Virus record (IMG/VR): IMGVR_UViG_3300035208_002255
Span: 1 to 64,000 of that record
Strand: one strand, 5' to 3'
Length of the DNA stretch: 64,000 nucleotides
Source: a virus
Lineage: Duplodnaviria > Heunggongvirae > Uroviricota > Caudoviricetes
The position numbers and the translations under genes are program-made. The notes beneath the pieces were generated by a model. The model did not search any database. It was not told the DNA's origin and saw only the letters and a program-made list of their open reading frames with translations. Shown one piece after another: positions 9,537-19,045 of the stretch (the first letter of the stretch is position 1; the number at the start of each line of letters is the position of its first letter).

Positions 9537-9847
9537 AATCCAGCTAAAAGCTCGTCAACATTTTCGTTATTCGCTCTCAAATGTTGCTCGATCAAAGTTC
9601 TTAATATTTCTCTTGATGGAAGCGAACTGCAAGTTCTTGTAATTGCTAGAAGTGCAAGACTTACAGTTGTTGGAAGTTTTGTAGGGTCTACGTGTTGTAG
9701 AATATCATCTACAACATCGCCTGCATCAGACTCCATCAGAGATAGGATTGTATTGAAAACGTTACGAGTAGCTAGTCTTGGATTTAACTTTGCACTTGCT
9801 TCAATAAAAGCAATCCAACTATTTACGTTTTCAGATTTGAGATTCAT
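9533..9847 (-). CDS. hypothetical protein (start trimmed to MNLKSENV)
   Basis: The first 20 codons of the ORF-track entry translate the adjacent tRNA (VVGSNPT = T-arm). Confidence 0.45.
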   Translation of the reverse strand: MNLKSENVNSWIAFIEASAKLNPRLATRNVFNTILSLMESDAGDVVDDILQHVDPTKLPTTVSLALLAITRTCSSLPSREILRTLIEQHLRANNENVDELLAGL

Positions 9848-9849
9848 TG

Positions 9850-9922
9850 TAGCGAAGGTGGGATTCGAACCCACAACTTCCTCGTTATGAGCAAGGCACT
9901 CTACCATTGAGTTACATCGCTA
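9850..9922 (-). tRNA. tRNA-Met/Ile2 (anticodon CAT)
   Basis: Acceptor AGCGATG, T-arm GTGGGTTCGAATCCCAC, anticodon loop CTCATAA. Confidence 0.75.
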
Positions 9923-10237
9923 TTCGAAATTTGGTACCGTTGGTACCACGGATTTTATCTGACGATACTTCGGAGATACTTTACCTGTTCTTCGAAGCGT
10001 CCGGTTTTTAAGTTTCTTCCAGAAGCTTCTACACTTTGCAACATGTGTAGAGTTGCAACCTTTACCAGGATTTGGATTCTCCCAAGTAGGACCATCTCTT
10101 AGTCTTTATCTTTCTGTTTTGCCGGCTTTTTATTACTTAGATCTTGGCACAACCAACAAATCATATTTGGTTCATTAGGAACTTCAGCAGGCAATTCAAA
10201 CTGCCTACCGCAAATGATACAATAAGCGTTCATGAAC

Positions 10238-10765
10238 TCAATATGAAATTATTGGTAGATCGTACACCCTATAATGTACCCTTTTCTTTTCGGGTGTCAA
10301 GGAAAATCTCTCGACCCCAGGTTTTCCAATGTAAGGAAACTTGGACGGCGAAATTACAACCAGTTTAGTTGCCATCTCTGATAGTCTCCATACCAAAGAT
10401 GGTAACATAGATCTCTCACAAAGATGAAGAGCAAACGAACATATGATACATGAATATTTGGTATTTAAAGTGTTTTGAATGATGTCCTTAAATGATAACT
10501 CGTAACATCTACAGCCAGTCATAGCCGTGTAGTTGTGGGATAAGTAAGGATCAATACCTTCTATTCTTTGGTAACCAAGGGATTGAAGTGTTTTTGTAAC
10601 TAAACCACCACCACAGGCTAGATCGAGTACATTGTCAAGTGGTAAGTCTTTATGATTCTCCAACAGCAGGGATTCTACATAACTGGAATGATTGTTTAAG
10701 TATTCAATTCCGGATGTGTAGAATCCTTGAACCCCAAGGTCTTCATAATACTTTCGGATTGACAT
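10238..10765 (-). CDS. SAM-dependent methyltransferase
   Basis: Motif I VLDLACGGGLVT. Confidence 0.6.
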   Translation of the reverse strand: MSIRKYYEDLGVQGFYTSGIEYLNNHSSYVESLLLENHKDLPLDNVLDLACGGGLVTKTLQSLGYQRIEGIDPYLSHNYTAMTGCRCYELSFKDIIQNTLNTKYSCIICSFALHLCERSMLPSLVWRLSEMATKLVVISPSKFPYIGKPGVERFSLTPEKKRVHYRVYDLPIISY

Positions 10766-11973
10766 TACTCCATCAATTGACAGAGGACATCTTTTGGTTG
10801 GTTTAGAACAAATGCTCTTACCTTAACCTGTGAGATTCTTTCAATGATAATTTCGTTAGCTGCTTTTCTTCGACGTGCGGACTTCAACCCATCAATGTAG
10901 CTGAGTAGATATTCTGCATCAACCCTACGGGCAGCACTCTTAAATACAGCAAGTGTACTATCACTAAAGAATTCTTTAGCTTTTTCCGAACTAACCCCAG
11001 AAACAACCAAAGCCCGAATGTTTGGTTCCGGATCTGTTGCAAAGATAAGTTTATCATCATCTTTGAGAATTTCAAGAAGGTTTACTTTTAATGAGTTGTA
11101 TTTCCGATCACCACGGGTCGAAAGCTTTTTAGCCATCTGAACAATCATATCATAGCTAACATTGGTAATGTTTCGCCTTTCCCATTCCACAGACATGATT
11201 GAAATCATCTCATCAATTGACTTGAGTTTATACTGAAGGTCTAGGCGTTTACCTTCTACATAGGTACGCGTAACCTCCGTTTGATTCTTAAGCCATTCAA
11301 CAGCTTCATCAACCGGAATAATTCCAGAACAAACCTGGCGCAAGTAATTCTTCGGGGGTTTGTCCATAACAATTGATTGAACAACAATCCTTAAACGATC
11401 TTCCTCTTCCTCTGTAAACGAACGAGAATGAGAATCATTAGCATCGTAAACTTCAAATTCCAAAAGACCACGACGCACAATGGCGTACTTGGTTGACCGT
11501 GCAGCTGCGGGATTTTTCACAATAAGGATGTAAAAATCATTACCCCTATTGACATAATCCTCGTAGTACGTTTGGTCTTTCATGGTTGTACACCATTTGG
11601 TGTTCGAACCATAAGTAATCATTGCCGGCTTATCATCGACACGAATACATAGGAAGTCATCGTTCTCAAAGATCTTTTGAGCGCCTTCCTTATCTTTCTC
11701 TCGCTCCTGACGTTTTGAAAGACCCATAGACTTGATAAGGTCTTCAAGAGCTTTTAAATCTTTGTACTTGTTGATATCTTTTTCTTCGAATCGCTGAGGA
11801 TTCTCATGGAAGTATTTAATACTCGCTGAAATATCCGGAACGTTATGACCTTTCTTTAACTGTTTAGCAATCCATAAAAGGTATTTATTGCTACCATCAG
11901 AAGGATCATCTATCGTTAAAGCAATTTCAGCTTGTTCTGGATATTTCTTTTGAAGTAGTTCGACTCGATTCAT
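10765..11973 (-). CDS. hypothetical protein (about 400 aa)
   Basis: Long ORF; start set at MNRVELLQ to avoid overlap with the upstream gene. Confidence 0.45.
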   Translation of the reverse strand: MNRVELLQKKYPEQAEIALTIDDPSDGSNKYLLWIAKQLKKGHNVPDISASIKYFHENPQRFEEKDINKYKDLKALEDLIKSMGLSKRQEREKDKEGAQKIFENDDFLCIRVDDKPAMITYGSNTKWCTTMKDQTYYEDYVNRGNDFYILIVKNPAAARSTKYAIVRRGLLEFEVYDANDSHSRSFTEEEEDRLRIVVQSIVMDKPPKNYLRQVCSGIIPVDEAVEWLKNQTEVTRTYVEGKRLDLQYKLKSIDEMISIMSVEWERRNITNVSYDMIVQMAKKLSTRGDRKYNSLKVNLLEILKDDDKLIFATDPEPNIRALVVSGVSSEKAKEFFSDSTLAVFKSAARRVDAEYLLSYIDGLKSARRRKAANEIIIERISQVKVRAFVLNQPKDVLCQLME

Positions 11974-11984
11974 GATGTTCTTTC

Positions 11985-12272
11985 TTACTGAAAAGCTACA
12001 AAAATAGTAAACAAGGATATTAAACATAATATCCAAATTCCTATCTTTATAAATCTATCAACTTTAGGATCTAAATACGGAAAAACGGCATTAAATATTC
12101 TCAGTGCTTTTTCTGTATCCCCAGTTTTTTCAATCTTCCTGAAAGTATCCATTACCATGTTGTAATCAACAACAATCTTGTTTTTACGCATCCAGAATTC
12201 AAAATTGTGAAGGTCCCAGTTACGAAGATGCTCTCTAGCTTCTTCTAATTGGTATTCAGTTAACTTTGCCAT
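11985..12272 (-). CDS. small protein with C-terminal transmembrane anchor
   Basis: 95 aa, C-terminal IGIWILCLISLFTIFVAF. Confidence 0.35.
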   Translation of the reverse strand: MAKLTEYQLEEAREHLRNWDLHNFEFWMRKNKIVVDYNMVMDTFRKIEKTGDTEKALRIFNAVFPYLDPKVDRFIKIGIWILCLISLFTIFVAFQ

Positions 12273-12284
12273 TTCTATGAACCT

Positions 12285-12800
12285 CTAATCATGCAAGAGA
12301 GCCTCTTCGTCAATTAATAACTTTTCTTCATATTCTAACAAATCCTGCTCGTTATCAATGGCAATAGGACAGGTACCATCACCACCTTCAATTAGCATGA
12401 GTTCATATTCACAATCCGATGAGCAACAACAATCACTAACTTCTGGAGGAAACTCAGGACGTTCTGTTAAGCTTTGTACAGGTAACCAGATTTCTTCACC
12501 ACAGTTCATGCACTTGCCAACACGCACTTCATCTCCAGGTTGGAATTTTCGATAACCAAAGATTCCAATCTGCATCTCTTTAAATTGACTAGCTGTCGGA
12601 TCGAGGATTTCACTATCAACAGTCTCACACCACCAATGATCTCTATCGCCTGCAATTGTGCTAACCCACCCAGGAACAACTATAAGTTCCGGAAATTGCT
12701 TTTGCATTTCCGTAGCACCTTGCTTACATAGACCCCAAATACTCTTTTGATTAGATACCCAATTAGCTATCCAATCATAGTATTTTTTGTTATCACTCAT
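12285..12800 (-). CDS. hypothetical cysteine-rich protein
   Basis: 171 aa ORF. Confidence 0.45.
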   Translation of the reverse strand: MSDNKKYYDWIANWVSNQKSIWGLCKQGATEMQKQFPELIVVPGWVSTIAGDRDHWWCETVDSEILDPTASQFKEMQIGIFGYRKFQPGDEVRVGKCMNCGEEIWLPVQSLTERPEFPPEVSDCCCSSDCEYELMLIEGGDGTCPIAIDNEQDLLEYEEKLLIDEEALLHD

Positions 12801-12827
12801 CTTACTGACTTTCTTAGATTGATTTGG

Positions 12828-13091
12828 TCACTGCTTGGCAAATTTACTAAGAATGTCTCGCTCGACCTGGGATTGCTTGATTACTCCACGAGCCTTAAGC
12901 GCAAGTCTTTCCCTCATCTCTTCAACGAATTCTTCCTTTAGAAACAAACTAATATCAGGGTTATTGAGTAGTTTATCGGCAATCTCAATATCAGATGCTT
13001 CATTTCTAATTTTTCCATTTGGAAATAGATGTTTAGAAAGACCATCAACTATAGACATGAATAGGTCGAATTTTGAATCAATTTCTTGCAT
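12828..13091 (-). CDS. hypothetical protein
   Basis: ORF trimmed to an internal Met to limit overlap. Confidence 0.3.
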   Translation of the reverse strand: MQEIDSKFDLFMSIVDGLSKHLFPNGKIRNEASDIEIADKLLNNPDISLFLKEEFVEEMRERLALKARGVIKQSQVERDILSKFAKQ

Positions 13092-13347
13092 GTGTACCTT
13101 TGTTTTGCAAACGCTCATAGACTGAAGAGACGGCCGCCTCGGTTGTGAGACCCATCTCATCCAGCACTTGATCGCGCCAATACACGCCTACATAGATGAC
13201 ATCCGGCTCGTCATCGAACCTAGTCTTCTTGGCATATTCTACCAAATTTGCATTCGGTTGTGTAGCAATTTCTACCGGAATCTGGAGCGATTCTATATAC
13301 CAGCTACCGCCTTCTTCACATACTATGAAATCAACTTTCCCAATCAT
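13078..13347 (-). CDS. hypothetical protein (start trimmed to MIGKVDF)
   Basis: The N-terminal 30 codons of the track ORF are the terminator hairpin. Confidence 0.35.
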   Translation of the reverse strand: MIGKVDFIVCEEGGSWYIESLQIPVEIATQPNANLVEYAKKTRFDDEPDVIYVGVYWRDQVLDEMGLTTEAAVSSVYERLQNKGTHARN

Positions 13348-13370
13348 GTAAACAATGTTGGCGTATGCGT

Positions 13371-13402
13371 AAAAGAAAAAGGCGGGTTTGAGCCCGCCTT
13401 TT
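13371..13402 (-). terminator. Rho-independent terminator (hairpin GGCGGGTTTGAGCCCGCC flanked by A and T runs)
   Basis: Perfect 7-bp GC stem with a U-run on the minus strand, just after the ABC ATPase stop. Confidence 0.7.
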
Positions 13403-13420
13403 CCCGCTTTTCCTGAGCAA

Positions 13421-15412
13421 TCAGGATTTAGCGCCAACACTCAGCATGTAGTCTTCGATTTCGTTCACCGCCTCAATGAAGTGAGGTGAGCGCTTCATGC
13501 TTTTATCTCGTACGAACGGTAGAGGGGATCTGAACATCTTACGAATGTTTCCAGGATTCCTTCCCATCACGTAGATATCATCACCAAGATATACAGCTTC
13601 AGGAATATCATGGGTGACGAATACAACTGTTGGATTGATATCCGCCCAAATCTTAGCAAGAAGGTCCTGCATCTGTAGACGGGTTTCGATGTCCAAAGCT
13701 CCGAATGGTTCATCCATTAAAAGAATCTCTGAGTGATAAACCAGAGAGCGAGCAATTGCTACACGCTGAAGCTGGCCACCGGAAAGCGTTGGATACTGAG
13801 CGTATTTGTCTTCGTGACCTTCGAGACCCACAAGCTTGATCATTTCCATGGCTTTCTCTCTGCGCTGTTTGAGAGGAATGCCTTGGTATTCAAGACCCAG
13901 AGCCACGTTGTCAAGAACGCTCATCCATGGAAATGAAGAGTACTGTTGGAAGACCATTCCAACCCTATCTTCCTGTGTTCTTTCTCGCCCATGAATAAGG
14001 ATCTTTCCAGAAGTTGGGGTTTGAAGACCAGAGATATACCTAAGTATAGTTGAATTGTGAACAACAAATCCATTGGCCACAAAAGAATGAGATTCTGGAT
14101 TTGTTAGATCGTACACATCACTTTCTGATACTTCAATATTTGAAATTCTTCTATAATCGCGAATTAGAGGTTCTTTATTAGATTTTGGTTGTTGTTTTCT
14201 TCCTAGTTTAAACAGCTTATAAAGATTTTTAGATTGACGAATGTATACTCTATGAGATTTTCCACGAAATGATCTTTTGTATCCAATACCCATTGTAGAT
14301 AGCATAACGCATACAAAATCAATTAACTCTTTGGAATTTAATGCAATTTCGGCATCTTTATTATTTACACGAGAGTATCCATCTGTATCAAACAAACCTT
14401 GTAAAAATCGTAGTTGATGGTTGAACGAACTTTGTCGAATGCATTTTGGAACATCTTTTGTATCAGCATTAACATTACCAAAGATTTTGTGTAGCCAATA
14501 TGTAAAATGATTACTTTCTTTTGGTCGCAATAAAACTGCTTTTGTTCCATTTTTTTCACTTTGAGTAACTTCCACTCCAAATGTTTTTAGAGTGTATGTT
14601 TTGAAGAAATCGATCAATTCTTGATCGGCGGAAGTAAAACTAAATTGTTCACCAACAGAACCGTCGCCAGCAATCAAACCAAAATAATATGCAATGTTAC
14701 TAGATACAAAACCAGGAGCTTTAAACTTTGGTTTTTTGAGTTGATTTCTAACAACCCTATTAACAATCATTGGGCTAATATCTAGTAACTTTGCAATTTC
14801 TCTTTGGTTTAAACCTATCCTTTTATATCGTCGGATTTTTCGCTGCTTGGAAAAGAAACTTTTAGGAATTGCTCTGGGTAAACAGACCCGATCTTCCTGT
14901 GATTCGAAATTCATCTGCAAACCTTCTTTGGCAATAAAGTGCCCAATTTTAAGGTTTGCCATGGACATCCACTCTTCTTTGTTAGCAATTTTAACAAGAA
15001 CAGGATGTTCTGGAGTGCCCTCCAATCTATCTCCATCTTCTGTTGTTATGATTATAGTTTTTTTCTTACCACCATAATAAGTATGAGAGATTCTTTGATT
15101 CTCATTAGCTACCAGAACACCAAAATTGTTTCTTGGCATTGGCTGGTTTACCGGATGTTGTTCATCAAATAAATCTTCAATTCTACGAAGACCAGTTTCG
15201 CAAGTAACCCATGTACCTTTAGCTACACATTTGCCACAACCCGAAGCACCAAGCAAGACAACAAACTGTCCCTGATTCGGCTTGTCTTCAATGAGAAGAT
15301 TGAAGTCCTCGATGATAGGGGGCTTGCCATCATAGACCTGTGAAATACCACTCAATTCAATGATATCAGGAAGTTCTGTATTGGTGAATTTAACTGGTTG
15401 TTCCATAATCAA
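13421..15412 (-). CDS. ABC transporter ATP-binding protein (NitT/TauT family) interrupted by an intein
   Basis: Walker A GASGCGK is split; C-extein has LSGGQLQRVAIARSL, Walker B LLMDEPFGALD and an H-loop; 663 aa, of which 271 aa are extein. Confidence 0.85.
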   Translation of the reverse strand: MIMEQPVKFTNTELPDIIELSGISQVYDGKPPIIEDFNLLIEDKPNQGQFVVLLGASGCGKCVAKGTWVTCETGLRRIEDLFDEQHPVNQPMPRNNFGVLVANENQRISHTYYGGKKKTIIITTEDGDRLEGTPEHPVLVKIANKEEWMSMANLKIGHFIAKEGLQMNFESQEDRVCLPRAIPKSFFSKQRKIRRYKRIGLNQREIAKLLDISPMIVNRVVRNQLKKPKFKAPGFVSSNIAYYFGLIAGDGSVGEQFSFTSADQELIDFFKTYTLKTFGVEVTQSEKNGTKAVLLRPKESNHFTYWLHKIFGNVNADTKDVPKCIRQSSFNHQLRFLQGLFDTDGYSRVNNKDAEIALNSKELIDFVCVMLSTMGIGYKRSFRGKSHRVYIRQSKNLYKLFKLGRKQQPKSNKEPLIRDYRRISNIEVSESDVYDLTNPESHSFVANGFVVHNSTILRYISGLQTPTSGKILIHGRERTQEDRVGMVFQQYSSFPWMSVLDNVALGLEYQGIPLKQRREKAMEMIKLVGLEGHEDKYAQYPTLSGGQLQRVAIARSLVYHSEILLMDEPFGALDIETRLQMQDLLAKIWADINPTVVFVTHDIPEAVYLGDDIYVMGRNPGNIRKMFRSPLPFVRDKSMKRSPHFIEAVNEIEDYMLSVGAKS
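14054..15229 (-). mobile_element. intein (392 aa) with LAGLIDADG homing endonuclease domain in the ABC ATPase P-loop
   Basis: Starts with Cys right after GASGCGK, ends ...FVVHN followed by Ser; LAGLIDADG blocks YYFGLIAGDGS and LQGLFDTDGYS. Confidence 0.8.
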
Positions 15413-15651
15413 TCCTCACTATCATCAGTTCCCAAAAAATCATCGTAGTATTCAGGCCCGTCTTCATCTTCTACAGGTTTTTGCACAAAGAAGGCTCGCT
15501 TCTTTCGGTGATACAACATTTCAAGTTTGAACTTGAATTTTGAAAACATTCTTTTAAGATCATCAATCTTTCCAAGTATGCCGGTTCTCGGCGTGTAGAT
15601 TACAAAAGATGATGAGCTAGAGTTTGATACAAAACCTGTTCGGATTTTCAT
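15409..15651 (-). CDS. GFVSNSSSSSF-motif family protein (paralog C)
   Basis: Internal start MKIRTGFVSNSSSSSF; upstream codons overlap the permease gene. Confidence 0.45.
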   Translation of the reverse strand: MKIRTGFVSNSSSSSFVIYTPRTGILGKIDDLKRMFSKFKFKLEMLYHRKKRAFFVQKPVEDEDGPEYYDDFLGTDDSED

Positions 15652-15652
15652 A

Positions 15653-16438
15653 TCACACCCTGTTCTTATATGGAAAGAATTGCTTATCCAAAGCTTTGAA
15701 GATGATATCTTGAACGAAGCCAACTACCACAATTACGAACAGCAAAGCAAACACTTTGTCAATCCGGCTTTGACGAGCTGAGGTAAACAGCATAGCACCG
15801 ATACCGCCATTGTTGTTAACCATTTCAGCTACGATGATGTACGTCCAAGAGATTGCTACCAGAACTCGGATATCATCAAACAGTTTTGAGAACACAGCTG
15901 GAAAGAACACGGTCTTGATTGTTTGCCACTTGGAAGCTCCCAATGTGAATGCCGTTTGCTGATAAACGCTTTCGACTTGTTCGACTCTTTGTACAACCAC
16001 TGGTAGTAGGTAAACGATGATACCGAAAGCCAGGAATTGAATCTTCATCATATCAAAGATACCAAACCACACGATGAAGAGGCCAGTGATTGCAGTGAGT
16101 GGAATGAATCGGATGGCATCAACCGGCTTTGCAAACAATCCCTTAAACAAAGGGAATAAACCAATCAGAAAGCCAAGGGGAACACATACTGCAACCGCTT
16201 CAAAGTAACCCATTAGATTGAGATACATTGACCTTCCCAATTGCCTCACCATCGCATCATCAAAGTGAAGTTCAGGGAGACATGCAATTACAGCACCAGG
16301 ACTAGGAAGAAGGGTAGGAGGAACGAGGTGGATTGCGGTGATTAGGTACCATACAAACAAGAGACTCAGACCGCCAACGATACCGATGACAGTCTGAGTC
16401 TTCTCATTCAGAGTACCTCTTAGTTCAAAGAGGTTCAT
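15653..16438 (-). CDS. ABC transporter permease (TauC/SsuC/NrtB-like)
   Basis: Six hydrophobic segments; EAA-like loop TAFTLGASKWQTIKTVFFPA. Confidence 0.75.
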   Translation of the reverse strand: MNLFELRGTLNEKTQTVIGIVGGLSLLFVWYLITAIHLVPPTLLPSPGAVIACLPELHFDDAMVRQLGRSMYLNLMGYFEAVAVCVPLGFLIGLFPLFKGLFAKPVDAIRFIPLTAITGLFIVWFGIFDMMKIQFLAFGIIVYLLPVVVQRVEQVESVYQQTAFTLGASKWQTIKTVFFPAVFSKLFDDIRVLVAISWTYIIVAEMVNNNGGIGAMLFTSARQSRIDKVFALLFVIVVVGFVQDIIFKALDKQFFPYKNRV

Positions 16439-16443
16439 CTGTT

Positions 16444-18000
16444 TTACATCTCCAAGATTTGGAACTCAGTTCGACGATTCCTTGCAAGGCAGACGGGAGT
16501 GTCTTCATTACAAGCGGGCTTGCTAGGTCCGTTACCAACAACAATGAAGCGGTTGGTATCGAAACCATGCTTTTGCACAAGATAGTCTACCACAGCTTGA
16601 GCACGTTGACGAGAAATTTGAATGTTAACTGCAGCAGATCCAGTCTTGTCAGTGTTACCCTCAACTCGAATACGAGATGTGGGGAACGCCTTCAATTGCT
16701 CAACAACCTTATCATCGATGATAGTCTGAGAATTCTCATCCAAGGTTACAGAACCATGAGCAAACGAAATCTTAACCGGCTTAGAAGCGACTGCATGAGC
16801 CGTAACATCGCGCTGAGTCGGAGCCGTAAACGTAGGCTTAGCCTCGGCAGCAACTTCGCCAGGAACCTGGAGAGAGCTAATGAACGAAGTATCAGCAACT
16901 ACATTCCAAGGTAGAGACTTGCTTGCGAGATTCAGACGACCGTAAACGGTAGTCATCTTCTCATAGATGCTTCGACCAGTTACACCAGCATACGAAGAGT
17001 TGAGACCGTAGAAGTCCTTGTTGTCGCCAAGGGTCGTGAGACGCACATTACCAAGAGACGCAAGAGCAAACTCTTTGGTAACATTCTGAAGGCCCTCAGA
17101 GAGGATCTGGGCCGCACGTTGCTTCGCAGCATCCGAACCGTTGATCTCAACAGCACCACGGAGCCAACCTTCAACCAGCTTCTTCAGATCAGCCTTGTGT
17201 GCATTGTAGTAAGCTTCCTTGACCATGAAGCCATCTGCAATGATGTTCGCCGCCTGCTTAGTGCTAACAAGCACCTTAGCTGCACTCACAGATTTCACAC
17301 AATCAGCATCATCCGGAGACCACACAACAGCTGCATCAACCTGTCCAGCCTTGAATGCTGCAGCTGCATCGATAGCACTGGGAACCTTGACAATGTTCAC
17401 ATCCATGATGCTAAGGCCACCCATATCTAACATCCACAACAGGAAGGTGTGAGACGGAGTTCCTTCAGCAACAGCAATCTTCTTTCCCTGAAGGTCAACA
17501 ACAGATCCAATGTTACTCTTAGTAACAATCGCATCACCACCACGAGACCAGTCAGCCTGGAAGAGGAACTTCACATTCTCGCCGTAATTGCCAGACTCAG
17601 TTGGGAAGGCGTCAACAGTCACCCACATAAGATCCATTGCACCAGACTTGAATGCCGCACGAGAAGCAGCGAAGTCATCCATCACGGAGAAGTTCACACA
17701 GATACCGTCCTGACGAAACTTGGAGTTCGCGTTATCTTTGAACCCATTGTTCCAGTACTGACCGCCGGCATAACCAGGCCATGTCACGACACCAACATTA
17801 ATACATCCGTTTCCAGCTGCGGAAGTTCCGGAAACAGATCCAGAAGCTCCAGGACCAGCCATCAGGCCAGAGACATCTTGTTGTCCCTTACCCTGAGGAA
17901 GAATGTACGGAGCACCAAACTTGTACCCAACGAACATAAATGTTGCGATGAGTGCAAGAATAACAATCTTACCACCAGCCTTAATCTTTACCTTAGCCAT
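16444..18000 (-). CDS. ABC substrate-binding protein (SsuA/TauA/NMT1-like) fused to C-terminal OmpA-like domain
   Basis: N-terminal transmembrane anchor, PBP2 fold, C-terminal NTDKTGSAAVNIQISRQRAQAVVDYL...NRRTEF OmpA signature. Confidence 0.65.
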   Translation of the reverse strand: MAKVKIKAGGKIVILALIATFMFVGYKFGAPYILPQGKGQQDVSGLMAGPGASGSVSGTSAAGNGCINVGVVTWPGYAGGQYWNNGFKDNANSKFRQDGICVNFSVMDDFAASRAAFKSGAMDLMWVTVDAFPTESGNYGENVKFLFQADWSRGGDAIVTKSNIGSVVDLQGKKIAVAEGTPSHTFLLWMLDMGGLSIMDVNIVKVPSAIDAAAAFKAGQVDAAVVWSPDDADCVKSVSAAKVLVSTKQAANIIADGFMVKEAYYNAHKADLKKLVEGWLRGAVEINGSDAAKQRAAQILSEGLQNVTKEFALASLGNVRLTTLGDNKDFYGLNSSYAGVTGRSIYEKMTTVYGRLNLASKSLPWNVVADTSFISSLQVPGEVAAEAKPTFTAPTQRDVTAHAVASKPVKISFAHGSVTLDENSQTIIDDKVVEQLKAFPTSRIRVEGNTDKTGSAAVNIQISRQRAQAVVDYLVQKHGFDTNRFIVVGNGPSKPACNEDTPVCLARNRRTEFQILEM

Positions 18001-18002
18001 GA

Positions 18003-19034
18003 TTATCCTTTATTGTTGAAGAAGCTCGCCATTGCAGACGAAGTTTGTGTTTGGGTTTCGTATCCGGTATATTCTGGCAATGCTTGGGTTTCAGTTCCAG
18101 TCGTTGCAATTCGAACCTTACCAACATTGCGCTTGTCTTCGTAACTCAACAGGGAACCATTCTGCTCGAAACTTTCCAACATTGCAAGTCCTTTTTCATC
18201 CCAGACTCCGTTTTGCAGATCAACGTTCATCATGAAGCCTTCGGACAACTCCATGAAAGTCTCCATCTCCCCGAGTTTATTGGCAATGTCTTCGGCAAGG
18301 AATTCGGCCGATTGCTCGAATAGTTCCTTTGCTTCCGAACCGGCAACCAAAACTTCGGCGGACTTCATTGCCTTGTGCGCAGCCTTGACAGACTTGTATT
18401 CCATTTCCAAAATACGAATCTGATCTGCAGTATCATCACGAAGGAACGAAACAGAGTTCCGCATCTTCATAAGAATACGACCAAGGAACTCCATCTTCTC
18501 ACTGATGGTTTGAAGCTTCTTGATGAAATCCTGAGAACGCGCCGCCTTTCGAGCATTTGCAGCAATAGCTACTTGATTATTATTCTTCTTGGCAGCATTC
18601 GCCATATGCATGGCATCCTCTGCAATTTGCCTCTCTTCAGCAATGGTACGATCAAGCTTCTTCTTCTGACCATTTAGCTTGCCGATATTATCAGCAATGG
18701 CTTGAAGACGCTCATCCATGTCATCAAGGTAATTCTTGAGAATACCAATCGGATCAATAGTGATAAAGAAACTAGTTAATGCGCGCATTGCACTCTTGAA
18801 CATTGCTCCGGCAAGTGCTCGTACCTTGTTATTCATCACCAATGCAATAAGAGCAAAGAGTGTACCACCAAGGAATGCGGCATATAAAGTGTTAGCTAGA
18901 GCTGCAATAATGAATGGCATCAGATAGTTTCCAGCAAATAGGAAACCAAGGATACCAATGAAAATGAAGATCATTCCAGTGCGCCCCTCAGGACGCTCGA
19001 AGAAACCTTTTACCTTACGTTGCATGTCTTCCAT
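18003..19034 (-). CDS. membrane-anchored coiled-coil protein
   Basis: Two N-terminal transmembrane helices, then a long heptad-rich region. Confidence 0.45.
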   Translation of the reverse strand: MEDMQRKVKGFFERPEGRTGMIFIFIGILGFLFAGNYLMPFIIAALANTLYAAFLGGTLFALIALVMNNKVRALAGAMFKSAMRALTSFFITIDPIGILKNYLDDMDERLQAIADNIGKLNGQKKKLDRTIAEERQIAEDAMHMANAAKKNNNQVAIAANARKAARSQDFIKKLQTISEKMEFLGRILMKMRNSVSFLRDDTADQIRILEMEYKSVKAAHKAMKSAEVLVAGSEAKELFEQSAEFLAEDIANKLGEMETFMELSEGFMMNVDLQNGVWDEKGLAMLESFEQNGSLLSYEDKRNVGKVRIATTGTETQALPEYTGYETQTQTSSAMASFFNNKG

Positions 19035-19045
19035 GATAATTCCCC

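Noticed and set aside
9848-9907. N-terminal extensions of ORF-track entries (9533..9907, 15409..15723, 46134..46637, 52872..53174, 53496..53690, 13078..13440)
   Set aside because: The extra codons translate tRNA T-arms (VVGSNPT, GFESR, GFEP) or a terminator hairpin. Starts were moved to the first Met downstream of the RNA feature.
17449-18144. Long plus-strand ORFs embedded antisense in minus-strand genes (for example 17449..18144, 20918..21418, 21830..22180, 22181..22996, 30051..30992, 16459..16914)
   Set aside because: Fully nested opposite well-supported genes with recognisable domains; they are low-complexity or serine-rich translations typical of antisense frames.
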